DNA of 38,141 bases from Octopus sinensis. Taxonomy: Eukaryota. The stretch's first letter is position 1, and the number at the start of each line of letters is the position of its first letter. The DNA lies in contig NW_021835825.1 in the NCBI RefSeq assembly GCF_006345805.1, forward strand, positions 1 to 38,141, read 5' to 3'. This document shows positions 12,900-26,319 of the stretch, piece by piece. A program made the translations under genes and the position numbers. Below the pieces are notes generated by a model that saw nothing but the letters and a program-made list of their open reading frames with translations, made no database searches and had not been told where the DNA came from.

Positions 12900-12978
<79 letters not shown>

Positions 12979-12980
12979 TT
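12866..12980. repeat. (TAT)n(TAG)n microsatellite
   Basis: Direct tandem repeats. Confidence 0.9.
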
Positions 12981-13335
12981 TGTTGTAGTTTATGCAGAGT
13001 TTTTTTTCTGCTAATAATTATTTCACATTGATTTGGTCTCTGCTGTAATACTTTTATATTAATTATATTATTCTACCTATATATTACATGAAATGTCCAA
13101 ATATCATTCTCGGCAGGTCTTGACTCTTCTCTCTTACTCTCGTTTTCCCCCTAACACCTTTTCTTTCTTTATCTATACTCACATAATATACATACATATT
13201 TACATGCATACATACATTCATAAGCACAAGCAGGCACATACTTATACGCATACACATACAAAATAATCATACTTACATGCGTACATGTGTTTGTGTGCAT
13301 GCGTGTATGTGCTTTCCTGTTTCTTATGCTTTATT

Positions 13336-13369
<34 letters not shown>

Positions 13370-14065
13370 TGTGTGTGTGTGCGTGTGTGTTTGTGTGTGT
13401 GTGTTTGTGTTGCTACATCCCTCCTCTCCAATTATAAGATAAAATTAAAAAAATTAATAAAGAAAAAAACTGCTTTCCGTAAATGAGTGTATTCAGTGGA
13501 AATTGTACAGCCGCTATACAGGCAAAGAACAAAAGCGTCTAACATCTGGAAGGCTTCGCTCACTGATGCCAACCGCCTGCCTTTTGTCTGTAGCAGCAAC
13601 ATTTGCAAACACCGTCGAAGATGCAAAAGACGTCCTCACACAATAAGTAACTCACAAAACTCCTCCTTCCACAACTGCTGTCACATGTTTTGGTTCTTGC
13701 AAAACGCTTCTCATCTCTTTTTTAAACTGTAATGATTCTTATTCCACACAACTACTCGTCCTCTCTTTTATTGCTGTGTTGTTGAATTGTTTAACTATAT
13801 ATATTTTGCTTGTTATTGAATAGCGAAAAGGGGAAAGGGAGGCTCCTAATATATTCGGTATAGTTTGAAATGATCAACTAAGTCTTCTTCACGGGCAACC
13901 AAATGTTGGCTGTACCCCTGCCGCGAATTCATGTCTCTCTCTTAACTTTTAGTGCGGTTTTAAAACAATTTTTCTCTCAATCTGTTTTTATCAAACTGCA
14001 AAGTTAGTCAGAAACTGATCTGGTCCCCTTTTTCTTCCTCAAGTCTCTATTTTTCTCTCTCTTTC

Positions 14066-14125
<60 letters not shown>

Positions 14126-14469
14126 AATGTATATAAATCAACAAGATTTGCTGTCAAGTGAACAAATATTGTGTTACGAAATTTTTTTTTATTTATTTAC
14201 AGTTATCTGCGGTATCAACATGAAATGAAATAATAAAAGCTATCATATTGCTTTTCAAAATATATGTAAATATACGATGGAGTATTTAAGTGGTATTTAG
14301 CATATGAGACATAATCATCAAATCTTCCTCAAATGACATCTTAGCCTTTCAAAAATAGGACTCATTTGATAGAGTTGTCCGGGACACCCTAAGTCTCAAA
14401 AGTACCCTGGACTTCCTTCAACCATAAGGGACAGCCTGATGATTTGATGCTGAACAAGAACAATAACAC

Positions 14470-14644
14470 AAAAATCATCATTATCATCATCATCATCATC
14501 ATCGTCATCATCGTCATCATCGTTATTATTATTATTAATTATTATTATTATTATTATTATTATATATTATTATTATATTATTATTATCATTATTATTATT
14601 ATATTATTATTATTATTATTTTATTATTATTATTATTACTATTA

Positions 14645-14733
<89 letters not shown>

Positions 14734-14816
14734 TATTATTATTATTATTATATTATTTATTATCATTATTATTATTATTTATTATTATTTATTATTATAT
14801 ATTATTATTACTATTA

Positions 14817-14852
<36 letters not shown>

Positions 14853-14872
14853 TATTATTATTATTATTATTA

Positions 14873-14941
<69 letters not shown>

Positions 14942-14948
14942 TACTACT
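14470..14948. repeat. (TCA)n/(TAT)n microsatellite
   Basis: Direct tandem repeats. Confidence 0.93.
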
Positions 14949-14949
14949 G

Positions 14950-15138
14950 AGGCGACGAGTTGGCAGAAAAATTAGCACGCCGAACGAAATGCTTAGTGGT
15001 ACTTCATCCGTCTTTACCTTCTGAGTTCAAATTTTCATCCTTCGGGAACGACTAAATGCGTACTAATTGACCACTGGGGACGATGTAATCAACCATTCCA
15101 CCATCCCACCGAAATTGGCCTTTTGCCCAAATCTGAAG
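14950..15138 (+). mobile_element. SINE family B with a small internal deletion
   Basis: Head GGCGACGAGTTGGCAGAA...TTAGCACGCCG; lacks the GCCGAGGTCGACTTTG block found in the other copies. Confidence 0.8.
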
Positions 15139-15167
15139 TTACTACTACTACTACAACAACAACAACA

Positions 15168-15219
<52 letters not shown>

Positions 15220-15256
15220 CTACTACTACTACTACTACTACTACTGCGGCGGCGGC

Positions 15257-15475
15257 GGCGGCAAGCTGGCAGAATTATTAGCACGCCGGTTAAAATGCTT
15301 AGCGGCATTTTGTTCGCATTTTACGTTTTGATCTCAAATTCTGACGAGGTCTACTTTGCCTTTCCGTCCTGTCAAGGCCGAGCAATTAAGTACCAGTCAA
15401 GTATTGGGATAGATGTAATCCTCTCGTTCCCTTTCCCGAAATTTCATGTCATTTATTAGAGAAAGAATTATTATT
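15257..15475 (+). mobile_element. SINE family B
   Basis: GGCGGCAAGCTGGCAGAATTATTAGCACGCCGG...AATTAAGTACCAG; separated from the previous copy by a TAC/CAA/CGG array. Confidence 0.85.
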
Positions 15476-15629
15476 GTTTTTGAACAGTTTAAATATATTT
15501 AGACTATTACAAATTCCTTTCAATTGGTAAAAACTCGTTAGTCCTTCAGGTGTGCATTTGCATTTCAGTTTTGTTGACTAGATTACTGGCGCATAAACCT
15601 GTGCTTGATACTCATATCTAACTTCAACA

Positions 15630-15800
15630 AGAGATGAAATATCTAATTTTATGATACATTATTTACATTATTTACAATTGACGGATATTTGTCCTTATCT
15701 TTGTAGTTAACACGTTTCGGCTGTTGTACCCTCCAGCATTTATCAGGTGTCTTGAGGAAATTTCGAACCTGGGTCCTCATTCCTAAGGTATTTTTCGATG

Positions 15801-15855
<55 letters not shown>

Positions 15856-15936
15856 TCAGGTCTCTGCCTGGAATCGAACTCGGAATCTTGGGGTTAGTAG
15901 TCCGCGATCTTAACCAATACGTCATATACCCGTGGG
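15630..15936 (-). mobile_element. SINE family D: tRNA-like head, (AAT)n linker and hammerhead-like tail; full-head copy
   Basis: Minus-strand head TGACGTATTGG (A-box-like) ... GAGTTCGATTCC (B-box); tail is the inverted partner of 16430-16580. Confidence 0.8.
15709..15751 (-). ncRNA. Degenerate type I hammerhead ribozyme motif
   Basis: GACAC-CTGATAA-A-TGCTG-loop-CAGCC-GAAAC-G-TGTT; G8 is mutated and there is a 3-nt gap relative to the partner copy. Confidence 0.55.
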
Positions 15937-15939
15937 TAT

Positions 15940-16592
<653 letters not shown>

Positions 16593-16629
16593 AATACAGA
16601 ACTGTATAAATTTATGATATACATTAGAT

Positions 16630-18779
16630 CAAGGAAGGGCAACAGGTGGCCTGCGGGCCACAACCCAGCCCTCTCTGCCAGTCAGTGTGCGCCTCACTAA
16701 CCGTTTTTATTTTTTTTTCCTACGTATGCTAATTTTGAAATTTCACAGTTTTCGATTCGACCTTACAAAATGTCATGGACGTCGCAATTTTGACTCTCAA
16801 GCGTGCTACACAAACAGACTTTGTTTTGAATTTATTATTCATTTCTTATAGTTGCTACAAGACAAACCATCAATTCATGTTTTTACAAAATTGCATTCTT
16901 TGAGCTCTTCCCTTTTTGCCCTTGTGATAATTCGAACTGTTTTAATATTTTTCATATTTTATGCAGGTAAAGATGTCTACTGCTAAAAAACGGAAAATTG
17001 ATGATGAGGAAAGAATATTCAACATTGACTGGAGCAGCAAATGTTTGGTCGGTCAGCTCAACAAATGTGTTGAGTGGACAAACTAAAACAGATTACCAAA
17101 TCAATTAAGAAGCAGTAGGGAGTATTTACATATTATAAGAAAGACTCTGAGCTTGTAACAAAGCTTAACTTCAAAATCTGTTAATCAATCGCAGAAAATG
17201 GAAACTCTTCAGTGATGGAAAATTCATAAGAAGTTGCATGGTCATTTTGCATGACCCGAAAAGAATCATTTATTGGAGCAAACCAGTTTGTCTCGTTTTG
17301 CTCTCGTGTTGCGCAGAATAAACCAACTTGCAGAGAATATCGAAGAGACTGTAAAGCAGCGGATACATAGATATGCAGCATATACATTGCCTCTTGATGA
17401 AAGCACAGACATACGTGACACAGCTCAATTGGTTGTGTTTGTAAGAGGTGTTATTGAAAATTTTGAAATAACTGAAGAATATTTGGACATACCGAATACG
17501 TCTTCAACAACCACTGGACAAAACATTAGTGAACAATTCTTGAAGTTGATGGACAAGTTTCAACTTAGCACTTCTAAACTGTGTGGCCTGACAACTAATG
17601 AAACACCCTCAGTGACAGGTCGAACCAATGGATTCACCAAGAAAGTTTTAGATAACATCGGATCGCAAGATGTTGTGGTGAATCACTGCATTATACACCA
17701 GAAAAGCTCGTGCACCAAAGTACTCGGCTTTACTGGTGTTATGAAAAATGTTGTTCAATATATGTATTACATTCGTGGTGGAGGATTAATCATCGGCAAT
17801 TTAAGGCCCTCTTAGAAGAACTTGACTCAGATTATCCTGACGTCGCGTACTTGTCTGCAGAGCATTGGCTCAGTAGATCTGCTACTTTGAAAATATTTTG
17901 GAATCTAAGAAAGGAGATTGGATCATTCATGATAAATAAGCAACAAGATGTTGCTTATTTAAATGAGGATGACCGGTTAAATGATATTGCTTTCCTGACT
18001 GACTTCACACAACATATTTCAGATTTAAATGTTTACCTGCAAGGTAAAAGTCAGCTGGTGAACAAGATGTCTGAACACATTTGTTCCTTTGAAAAGAAAC
18101 TACAACTTTTTTCCGCTTCAGTTGAGAACAACAGTCACTCATTTTCCCAGTCTGACTGTCAGAAAAGCAGAAATGCTAGATTTGGATTGTTCCAAATATG
18201 CTGAATGTATTGGCAGGTTGTGTGCTGAATTTACAAGCAGATTTGAGGATTTCAGGAAATGTGAAGCTGAGTTTAATCTGTTTTCTCGGTCATTTAACAT
18301 AGCACTTGAGGACAGTCCTGATTGGAGTTAAATGGAGCTGATAGATTTGCGGTCTGATATGGATGTGAGAAGAGCATATGATAGCAATGACTTGGTAGCT
18401 ATCTACGAAAATTATGCATCCAAATTTGAAGCAACATGCTTGGAAAATGACATCCACTTTCGGCAGCACAAACTGCTGTGAGCAGTTCTTCTGAAGAATG
18501 AAATTTACCAGAAACAGGTATCGAAGTCAGCTGAACATCCGACCAGTCAGCTTCGAGTTGCCACCACATTCGTCAAAGCGGACATTGATAAATTGTGCAA
18601 AAACATAAAACACCAAGTATCACATTTATAAAATTATGCTTAATTCTATTTGTCTTTATTGTTTAAAAATGCATTCATGATTCAATACATTAGTTGCAAT
18701 TAGATTACATGTTTCTGACAGTGACTGCCCCTGATTATTGTTCCAATGTTCGAAAGTGGTCCGCCAATGAAAAATGTTG
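16630..18779 (+). mobile_element. hAT DNA transposon (Charlie/Buster/SPIN-like), near full length
   Basis: 5' end CAAGGAAGGGCAACAGGTGGCCTGCGGGCCAC; 3' end GTGGTCCGCC...GTTG with a damaged TIR; candidate 8-bp TSD CATTAGAT (16622-16629) / CATTAGAC (18780-18787); contains a transposase. Confidence 0.85.
16973..18631 (+). pseudogene. hAT transposase pseudogene (GTF2IRD2/ZBED8-like family)
   Basis: MSTAKKRKIDDEERIFNIDW start, LDESTDIRDTAQL, HCIIHQ, HWLSRS, LAFLTD-like IAFLTDF, FGSTNCCEQFF, QVSHL stop. Multiple frameshifts and stops. Confidence 0.9.
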
Positions 18780-18947
18780 CATTAGACAGTCGTAAAAGTC
18801 TGTCACATATAACTTCTGTGTACAGGTAGGCAATGACCAACTGAATTGTAGCGTCAAATGTCTTTTCATTCTCACCATCCACTACTTGCCCTACACATTT
18901 TTATATTTTTGTCAAGAGAGTAGACAAACACGCATAGTTCATTTTAG

Positions 18948-19009
18948 GGCATCTGAGATTAATGGAGGAAAATATATCCTAAAACCAGAAACTTCGTCTA
19001 AGATTTCAC
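18948..19009 (+). other. Candidate 62-nt internal exon of an unidentified host transcript
   Basis: TTCATTTTAG acceptor and CAC|GTAAGT donor; one open frame, ASEINGGKYILKPETSSKIS; no recognised homology. Confidence 0.25.
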
Positions 19010-19124
19010 GTAAGTCTTTTAACAGGATGACGTGTTATATTTGCCATCCACGCATGGGACTTGAACTAAGAAAACAATGAGTCTGAATATATGACGCAGT
19101 CCGACTTCCTTTAGATTCACTAAT

Positions 19125-19215
19125 CTATTGTCCTGAATGGGTGCTTTTTTATCAACTCCAAAAGGATGAAATGCAACGTTGACTTCGGCAGGATTTAAGC
19201 TCAGAGCGCAAAAAC
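19125..19215 (-). mobile_element. SINE family B internal fragment
   Basis: Reverse complement CTGAGCTTAAATCCTGCCGAAGTCAACGTTGCATTTCATCCTTTTGGAGTTGATAAA. Confidence 0.7.
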
Positions 19216-20049
19216 TTATATAAACACCGCGACATTCAACCTGATGCTTGTACCAGTTCTCTTAACTTAACTAAATACGAACTTGTAATGGCCTTGATCC
19301 TATTATCAAGCATAACTAAATCAAGTACACAAGTTGGAATACTTGTTACAATTTGACTATTATTTCTATTAAATAAATTACCGAATTGTCAGCAGTTTTT
19401 GTTTATTAAACTAAATATCACTGTGGAGTGAATCTATAGATTTTTATTTAAATGCGCTGGCTTTAAATACAGTTTCACAATGACCAGATAAAAGTGGGCT
19501 GACAAGAATATAAAGACGATTGAAACTACAGTCTACTCAATCCGCTTTTCTTGCCCTCATTGAAGTTATATAATACGACAAACGTTTACGACTAATGTAT
19601 TAAATGAAATTTGATTGTACTACAAATGCAATGGCGGCTGAAATCTATGGATCTAACTTTCCACACCTCCAAAATAAGAAACAAATTTTTCACATAATAT
19701 CTTGTCTGATGTAAAAAAAAATATAATAATAATAAAAATTGAGATCTCTCTGTATCTATATTTTTGCCGATATGATATGTCAAATATTCCTCAAAATTAG
19801 TAAACTGATAACGACTTAAATATTATGATTGTCTATTGGAAGTTATAGAAAGACTATCTGCTGAAATGATTATGCTAATTTTTTTTGTGGGGGGGGGGGG
19901 TTTAGATATTTTTATTGTTTTCTAAGAACTATTTAACTGAGTGGTCTGTACTTATGCACTATTGATCATTTATTGATGATTTGACCTCTTTTTTAAAATA
20001 CATAAAAGTATTCTTTCATTTACTTATGATTTCATTCTCTCTTTCACTG

Positions 20050-20830
20050 ATTTATATATGCATGTTTATGTATATACATATATATGCATATATATAAATA
20101 TATATGTGTATATATATATTTATGTATGTATATATGTATGCATATATAAGTATATATATTTATATATATATATACATGTATACATGTATGTGTATATGCA
20201 TGTATATATGCATATATATATATGCGTATATATATATATAAATATATGTATATATGTATATACATAGGCATATGTAAATATATATATATATATATGTGTC
20301 TATATATATGAATGTGTGTGTTTATATACATTTATAATATGTAGGTATATATATACATATCTATATTATGTATATATATTATATACATATGTATTATGGA
20401 TGCATATATATATCATACATATGTAAACACCTATATTATGTATATGCATATATATATGCATTATATATATATGTATGTATACATATGCGTATATATGTAT
20501 ATATTTACATGTAGATTTATGTATATATGTATATATATATATATATATGCATGTGTATGTATGTACATATATATGCATGTATATATATATGTATATATAT
20601 CTTTATATATATGTATACGTATACATGTATATGTATGCATATATATGTATATATATATGTATGTATATGTGTACATGTATATGCGTATATAGATACATGC
20701 ACATATATATATGTATATATATGTATATGTATGAATATATATACATATATATATAAGTCTATATACATGAATGTGTGTATGTGTTTGTATGTATGTGTCG
20801 ATATCATTCAGTTGTCTACTTATATATACA
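20050..20830. repeat. (TA)n/(TATG)n low-complexity tract
   Basis: Direct inspection. Confidence 0.93.
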
Positions 20831-20949
20831 TATATGTATTTGTTGGATGGCCGTTCACTGCGCATGTTCTCCTCGTTGATGGGTCTTATTTTCCTGGTGT
20901 ATTTTCCAGCTTAGTCGCCGACGACCCGATCATGTAACAGTTCGTACTC

Positions 20950-22375
20950 AAGTGTGACCTGTAAATTAAGTTAATGGCAATAAGTCTCCTGGGTCTCATG
21001 GAATTTGTGCAGAGGTCTTGAAATAATAGTGTGACAAAAGTTTTAAACTCATAAATATATTGATTTGTCACTGTTGGGGAACTGAGAACGTCCCTCAAGT
21101 ATATAATGCTGCCATTTTATTTGCCTTGTATACATCGGTGCCAAAGGATCTGTGGTGGTAATTTTCGTGGGATTTCACTTTTACTGTAGTTGGAAAGATA
21201 ATGCCCGCATTGTGTTAGAAGGTTTAAATATGATAATTGTTCCAAATATAGTGTCTGAGTCTCAATATGGTTTTCGCTCCGCCAGAGGCACCGCTGATTG
21301 TATCTTTACTATTAGACAATTCCAGGAAAAGTGCATTGAAGAGGATCTTGCTCTATAGCATTACTTTGCTGATTTAAGCGCACCATTCGATACTGTTAAT
21401 CGAAATGTTCTGTGACTAATTTTAAGGGAAATGGGTTGCCCAGAAAAATTTGGTAACATGATCAGGGCTTGCATCAAGCTATGAAGGCTAGAGTTAATTT
21501 TGGTGGCAGGCCCTTCGAATCTTTTGCCGTAGAAAATGGAGTAAAGCAAGGAAACCTTGATATACCCACCCTATTTTCAACATACTTTGCTGCTGTGCTC
21601 TTACACGCTTTTCAAAACTCTGAGGAAGGTATTTACATAAAATATCGAACAACAGGGAATGTTTTTATCGTACCAGACTGAAATTCAAAACAAAAGGTTT
21701 TTACTTCACTGAATAGGAAACTTTTATACGCTGTCGACTGCGATCTACTTAGCCACTCTAAAAAGGGGGCCTGATGTCTCTTGTGTCTGCATTTGGCTCA
21801 GCTTGTGATGATTTTGGTTTGACATTGAACTTGAAAAAAACAATTGTAATGTGTCAACCTGCAGGTGGTGCTTTTTGCAATCTTCTAAAATGTTGGTTAA
21901 TTGTAAGTTACTTGAGGTTGTTGACTGTTTCATCTACCTTGGAAGCTCTGTGCAAAATGATGGAAATCTGAATACAGAAATATATCTGCGAGTACGAAGG
22001 ACAGAAGATGCATTTGGTGGTTTGGAGTCACGCATTTTGCGCCAACAACATATAAATATCAACAGACAATTGGTTCTTTACAAATCGCTTCTCTTACCAT
22101 CCTTGTTGCATTCTTCTGAAACATGGATGTGTTATGAAAGACATTTCAAATTGTGAGAACGATTCCACCAAAAATTCTTTCACCGCATTTAAAAACTTAA
22201 ATGGGGCCTTTATATTCCAGACACAGATGGAAGCCTCAAAAACATTTTAAAATCTACAAAGATAAGAACTTAACTGCAATATAAGTGGGAATCTTTTCCG
22301 AATATTGCCTGGTTTGAAATGCCACATCAGACGCCATGATGGACCTAAGGTGGCCAGACAATGCATAAGGAATAG
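20950..22375 (+). mobile_element. Decayed RTE-clade LINE, RT region
   Basis: NKSPGSHGICAEVLK, GNFRGISL, SESQYGFRSARGTADCIFTIRQFQEKCIE, FDTVNR, NGVKQG, LLYAVD (YADD-like), LYKSLLLPSLLHSSETW; frameshifted. Confidence 0.85.
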
Positions 22376-22414
22376 ACAAACACTATACACTCACACACAC
22401 ACATATACATACAT

Positions 22415-22458
<44 letters not shown>

Positions 22459-22618
22459 TACACACAAACAGACACACAGACACACAGACACACACACACA
22501 CACGTATATATATATATATACATATAATATAATATTAGGGAGTAATCCAAACTTACACGGAAAAATTAGATTTAGGATTAAATCTAATTTTACAGTTACA
22601 GTATAAATTTATATATTA

Positions 22619-22830
22619 ATTAGATATAAAACTACTATTAGGCAAATCAAACAGTGAAAAACATAAACCAAAACATAGAAAGAAATTAATTAATATTTTA
22701 TACAAAATATATAAAGTATTTTATATTTTATATTTTATATATTTTGTATATTATATTAATTAATTTTATTTCTGCTTTGGTTTATGTTTTTCACTGTTTG
22801 ATTTGCCTAATAGTGGTTTTAATCTCTAAT
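22619..22830. repeat. Fold-back palindrome, arms about 97 bp, spacer about 19 nt
   Basis: 22619-22716 is the reverse complement of 22736-22830 (CTATTAGGCAAATCAAACAGTGAAAAACATAAACCAAA is identical in both). Confidence 0.9.
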
Positions 22831-22855
22831 ATATATATAATATATATATATTATC

Positions 22856-22904
<49 letters not shown>

Positions 22905-22905
<1 letters not shown>

Positions 22906-23951
22906 TAGCATTAAGACCCGCCGTTGCCGGGTCATAGTGTTAGTGCATGTATATATGTGTATATATGTGTAAATATTACATGTACATCTATATATATACA
23001 TCTACACATAAAATACAAAATACAAAGTTATATCATGATATCACTAGTGATAACAATACACAAAATATATAAAAGACTGGAATTGTTAGCCCGTCTCTTG
23101 TAATTTCGATCAATTGTATCTTGTCCTCCCTCTTGTATAGAAGTGTGGCTACAATCCAGCCTACCTCTACTTCTGTGGAGGGGGGGCATTAAAATTTTTT
23201 TTTCCGGTACGTCCTACATCCCAGATATAAAGGTAAAAATAAAATATTTCCACTTTGCAAGTTCGAGTCGAGTACTCCCTTGCACGCTCCGTTGACTCGA
23301 ACCTTGCTTCTATTGAGGCGAATTTACCGCCTGTAGTAAGATATCTTTAATCGTCACACCAAGACATTTTTCGAAGGTGCTTTCCGCCATGTGTTCAAAT
23401 CTTCTTTTTTCTCTACATTGTATACTTTATAGACAATAGTCTTTTCTTTAATTTAATTTTTTTATTATCCACCTGGACTATTTTAATTTCTGCACGCTAA
23501 TTTTATTTTCAATTTATTCCCCATTCATGTGAAACCACTTATTCAAGTTCAAGTCATTGATGCAATTTATATACCAATTGCTATTTTTACTTTTGTTATG
23601 TTACGATTATATTATACTTTAGTTGATTTTAATTATTACTTACTACATATAATTCAATTGTTATTATTATTTTTATTGTTAAAGTGAAAGTATCTGACAT
23701 AAAATAGAGAAATGGTTTTGTTTCACTTTAAACACGTAATACTGAAATAGTGGAGAATGATATTGCTATGGGCTCGCTCTAGGCAAGAAGTTGAACATTT
23801 TTTTTGCCCATGAAACTACATGGACCCTAACTAAGGCATGTGTAAAATTTGAATGAAATTGGTTGAGTAGTTCTCAAGTTTTAGGGAAACACACAGACAT
23901 ACAGACAGACACATAGACAGACACACATTCTCAGTTTTATATATATAAAGA
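22905..23951 (-). mobile_element. Non-autonomous Helitron
   Basis: Minus strand A|TC 5' end, subterminal GACA/TGTC microsatellite, hairpin GACCCG-GCAACGG-CGGGTC (22915-22933) 6 nt before the CTAG|T 3' end; inserted in (TA)n. Confidence 0.85.
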
Positions 23952-23984
23952 TATATATTCAGAAAAGACACCCATGCTCCCTTT

Positions 23985-24480
23985 CTTCAGGTGAAACTAT
24001 GAATGGCATGGCAGGACTTGTCTATTTGGATCGAATAGAAAAGCTCAGGCTTTATTCTCTCCAACACCACCGCGAGCGCTACATCACCTGTATGATGTGG
24101 AAAATATTCCATTCGCATTGAGCTAATGATGGTTGTATTACATTTAAGATACACACAGTGCTATCCGCCCACAACATAAATCACACTCTCATCTCATAAC
24201 AAAAGTACAGCACAATTATTTCACCTCAAATGATCTCGATATCTAACATTACACCAAAACACATTACGGTAGAAACAGATCACACGTAGTTCAGGAGGTC
24301 TTTGAGCAAATTCTTTCAAATAATCACAGATGAGACTCCTACACCCGGATTTGTTTCCGTAAAAAATAAAAGTCTATTTGAGGGGGCCATGCTGTCCGAT
24401 CCTTGATTTGAATGACTTCACCAGGTGCTGCTATTAAGTTAGACATCACCTGGGCCAATACTGGGCGAAAACTAGCAAAT
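23985..24480 (+). mobile_element. 3' end of a CR1-like LINE (second family)
   Basis: DRIEKLRLYSLQHHRERYITCMMWKIF (decayed L.L.SL..RR.R motif) ... PDETPTPG-like ... NKSL; 3' UTR hairpin CCAGGTGCTG/CATCACCTGG. Confidence 0.7.
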
Positions 24481-24487
24481 TATCAAA

Positions 24488-24488
24488 G

Positions 24489-24566
<78 letters not shown>

Positions 24567-24610
24567 GTATATATGTATGTATATATGTATATAAATATAT
24601 AATATGTATG

Positions 24611-24646
<36 letters not shown>

Positions 24647-25036
24647 AATAATGTATATATATATTTGTGTGTATGTATGTATATATATATGTATGAATAT
24701 TATATATATACGTATATATAATAAGCATGTATATATATATATGTATATACATGCGCATATATATATATATGTATATATAAGTATATATTCATGTATGTAT
24801 ATATATATGTATGTATATTGTATATACGTATATTATATATATATATGTATGCATGCATGAATATATGTATATATATATATGTATGCATGAATATATGTAT
24901 ATGTATAGATTTATGCATGTATGTATATATACATATTTATGCATGCATGTAAGTATATATATATATTTCCATGCTTGTACCTATGTATATATATATATAT
25001 GCATATATGTATATATATATATGTATTACATGCATG

Positions 25037-25068
<32 letters not shown>

Positions 25069-25280
25069 TATATGTGTGTATGTATGAATATGTACATGTA
25101 TATGTAAATATGTATGTAAATGTAAATATACGTATGTATTCTGCATGTGTAAATTTACACACATATTATATACATATATATGTATAATAAAAGTAGTAAT
25201 ATACTCACATAAATATATATGTGTAATGTATGTATAAATATGCACAAATATATGTGTATATAAGTGTGTGTGTATTTGTG

Positions 25281-25321
<41 letters not shown>

Positions 25322-25510
25322 ATATCAATGTACACATATATATATGTGTGTGCATATAAATATATATATACATATATAAAGTTTGTAAATAATGTATATA
25401 TAATATAGAAACTACACGTATATACGTATTATCTATATATGTGCGTGTGTATTGTGTATGCATGTATATATATATATATATATATATGTGTTGTGTGTGT
25501 GTGTGTGTGT
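24488..25510. repeat. (TA)n-rich low-complexity tract
   Basis: Direct inspection. Confidence 0.93.
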
Positions 25511-26319
25511 GTTCCTGCTCACGCGTTCCTGTGTGACGTATTCAGCTAGTGTGTGGATTAGCATAATCGACATGTTTGTGCAGTTTTTTTCAAAACCTGA
25601 AGACCAAACAAAGCAAAAAGTGCAGGAATACATTCAACCCAATGATAACATTAGAAAACTACTTATATTTATCCAATAAAATAGTTTCGTAATCTGGTTT
25701 CTTCTAATTAACTTCCAAAGGATGTTATTTATTTTGCTATCAGCAACGTAGCGAAAAGTTGATACAGCTCTGAACTAATATTTGAATACGTTCACTTTGG
25801 TAAATCCAAAGTTGTCGTCTAACCTTACTCCTTGAGTTTTAATACTATGTACACATACCCGGCTGTAGCGAAAGTACCCCCTGGCTGACGCAAAGCTATA
25901 ATGGCACTGGTTTTCGATTTTCCATTCCATTAACTTCAAAAATTATTTCAGAGTTATGTGCATCCGAACTCGCTAAACCTTCTGTCTCCTTCTTTGCTGA
26001 GTACATACCGACCTTTAGATATACCATAGAGTTACTCGTTCCTACTACAGTCGTACTGCACTCATCTCCCATATCTTAAAAATAATCCGGAACGGTTTTA
26101 AATAACAACCTTCTCAATCACCTTGAATCCTTTTTATGATCCTTAAAGTATACGAGTGCAGCTTTCATAAAATGAAAGCCGATGTTACCTTCAATAAAAC
26201 TAAAATTTTATACCTTTTTCACTTCAATCTTTTTACGAAAATGCCTGCTACATCAGTAGAAGCAAAGTAAAGTCCCTTCCAAATTCATATAAACTCATAT
26301 GGAGTGGTTTTCCGGCATG

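Noticed and set aside
13490-13645. Peptide KLYSRYTGK reminiscent of the FGF8-like QLYSRTSGK
   Set aside because: Similarity stops after 9 residues, the frame ends in a stop and no FGF core follows
25597-25660. Other CTGANGA words as hammerheads (25598, 14438, 21622, 37615 on +; 4228, 4340, 23985 on -)
   Set aside because: No properly spaced GAAA with three supportable helices; several lie in LINE coding sequence
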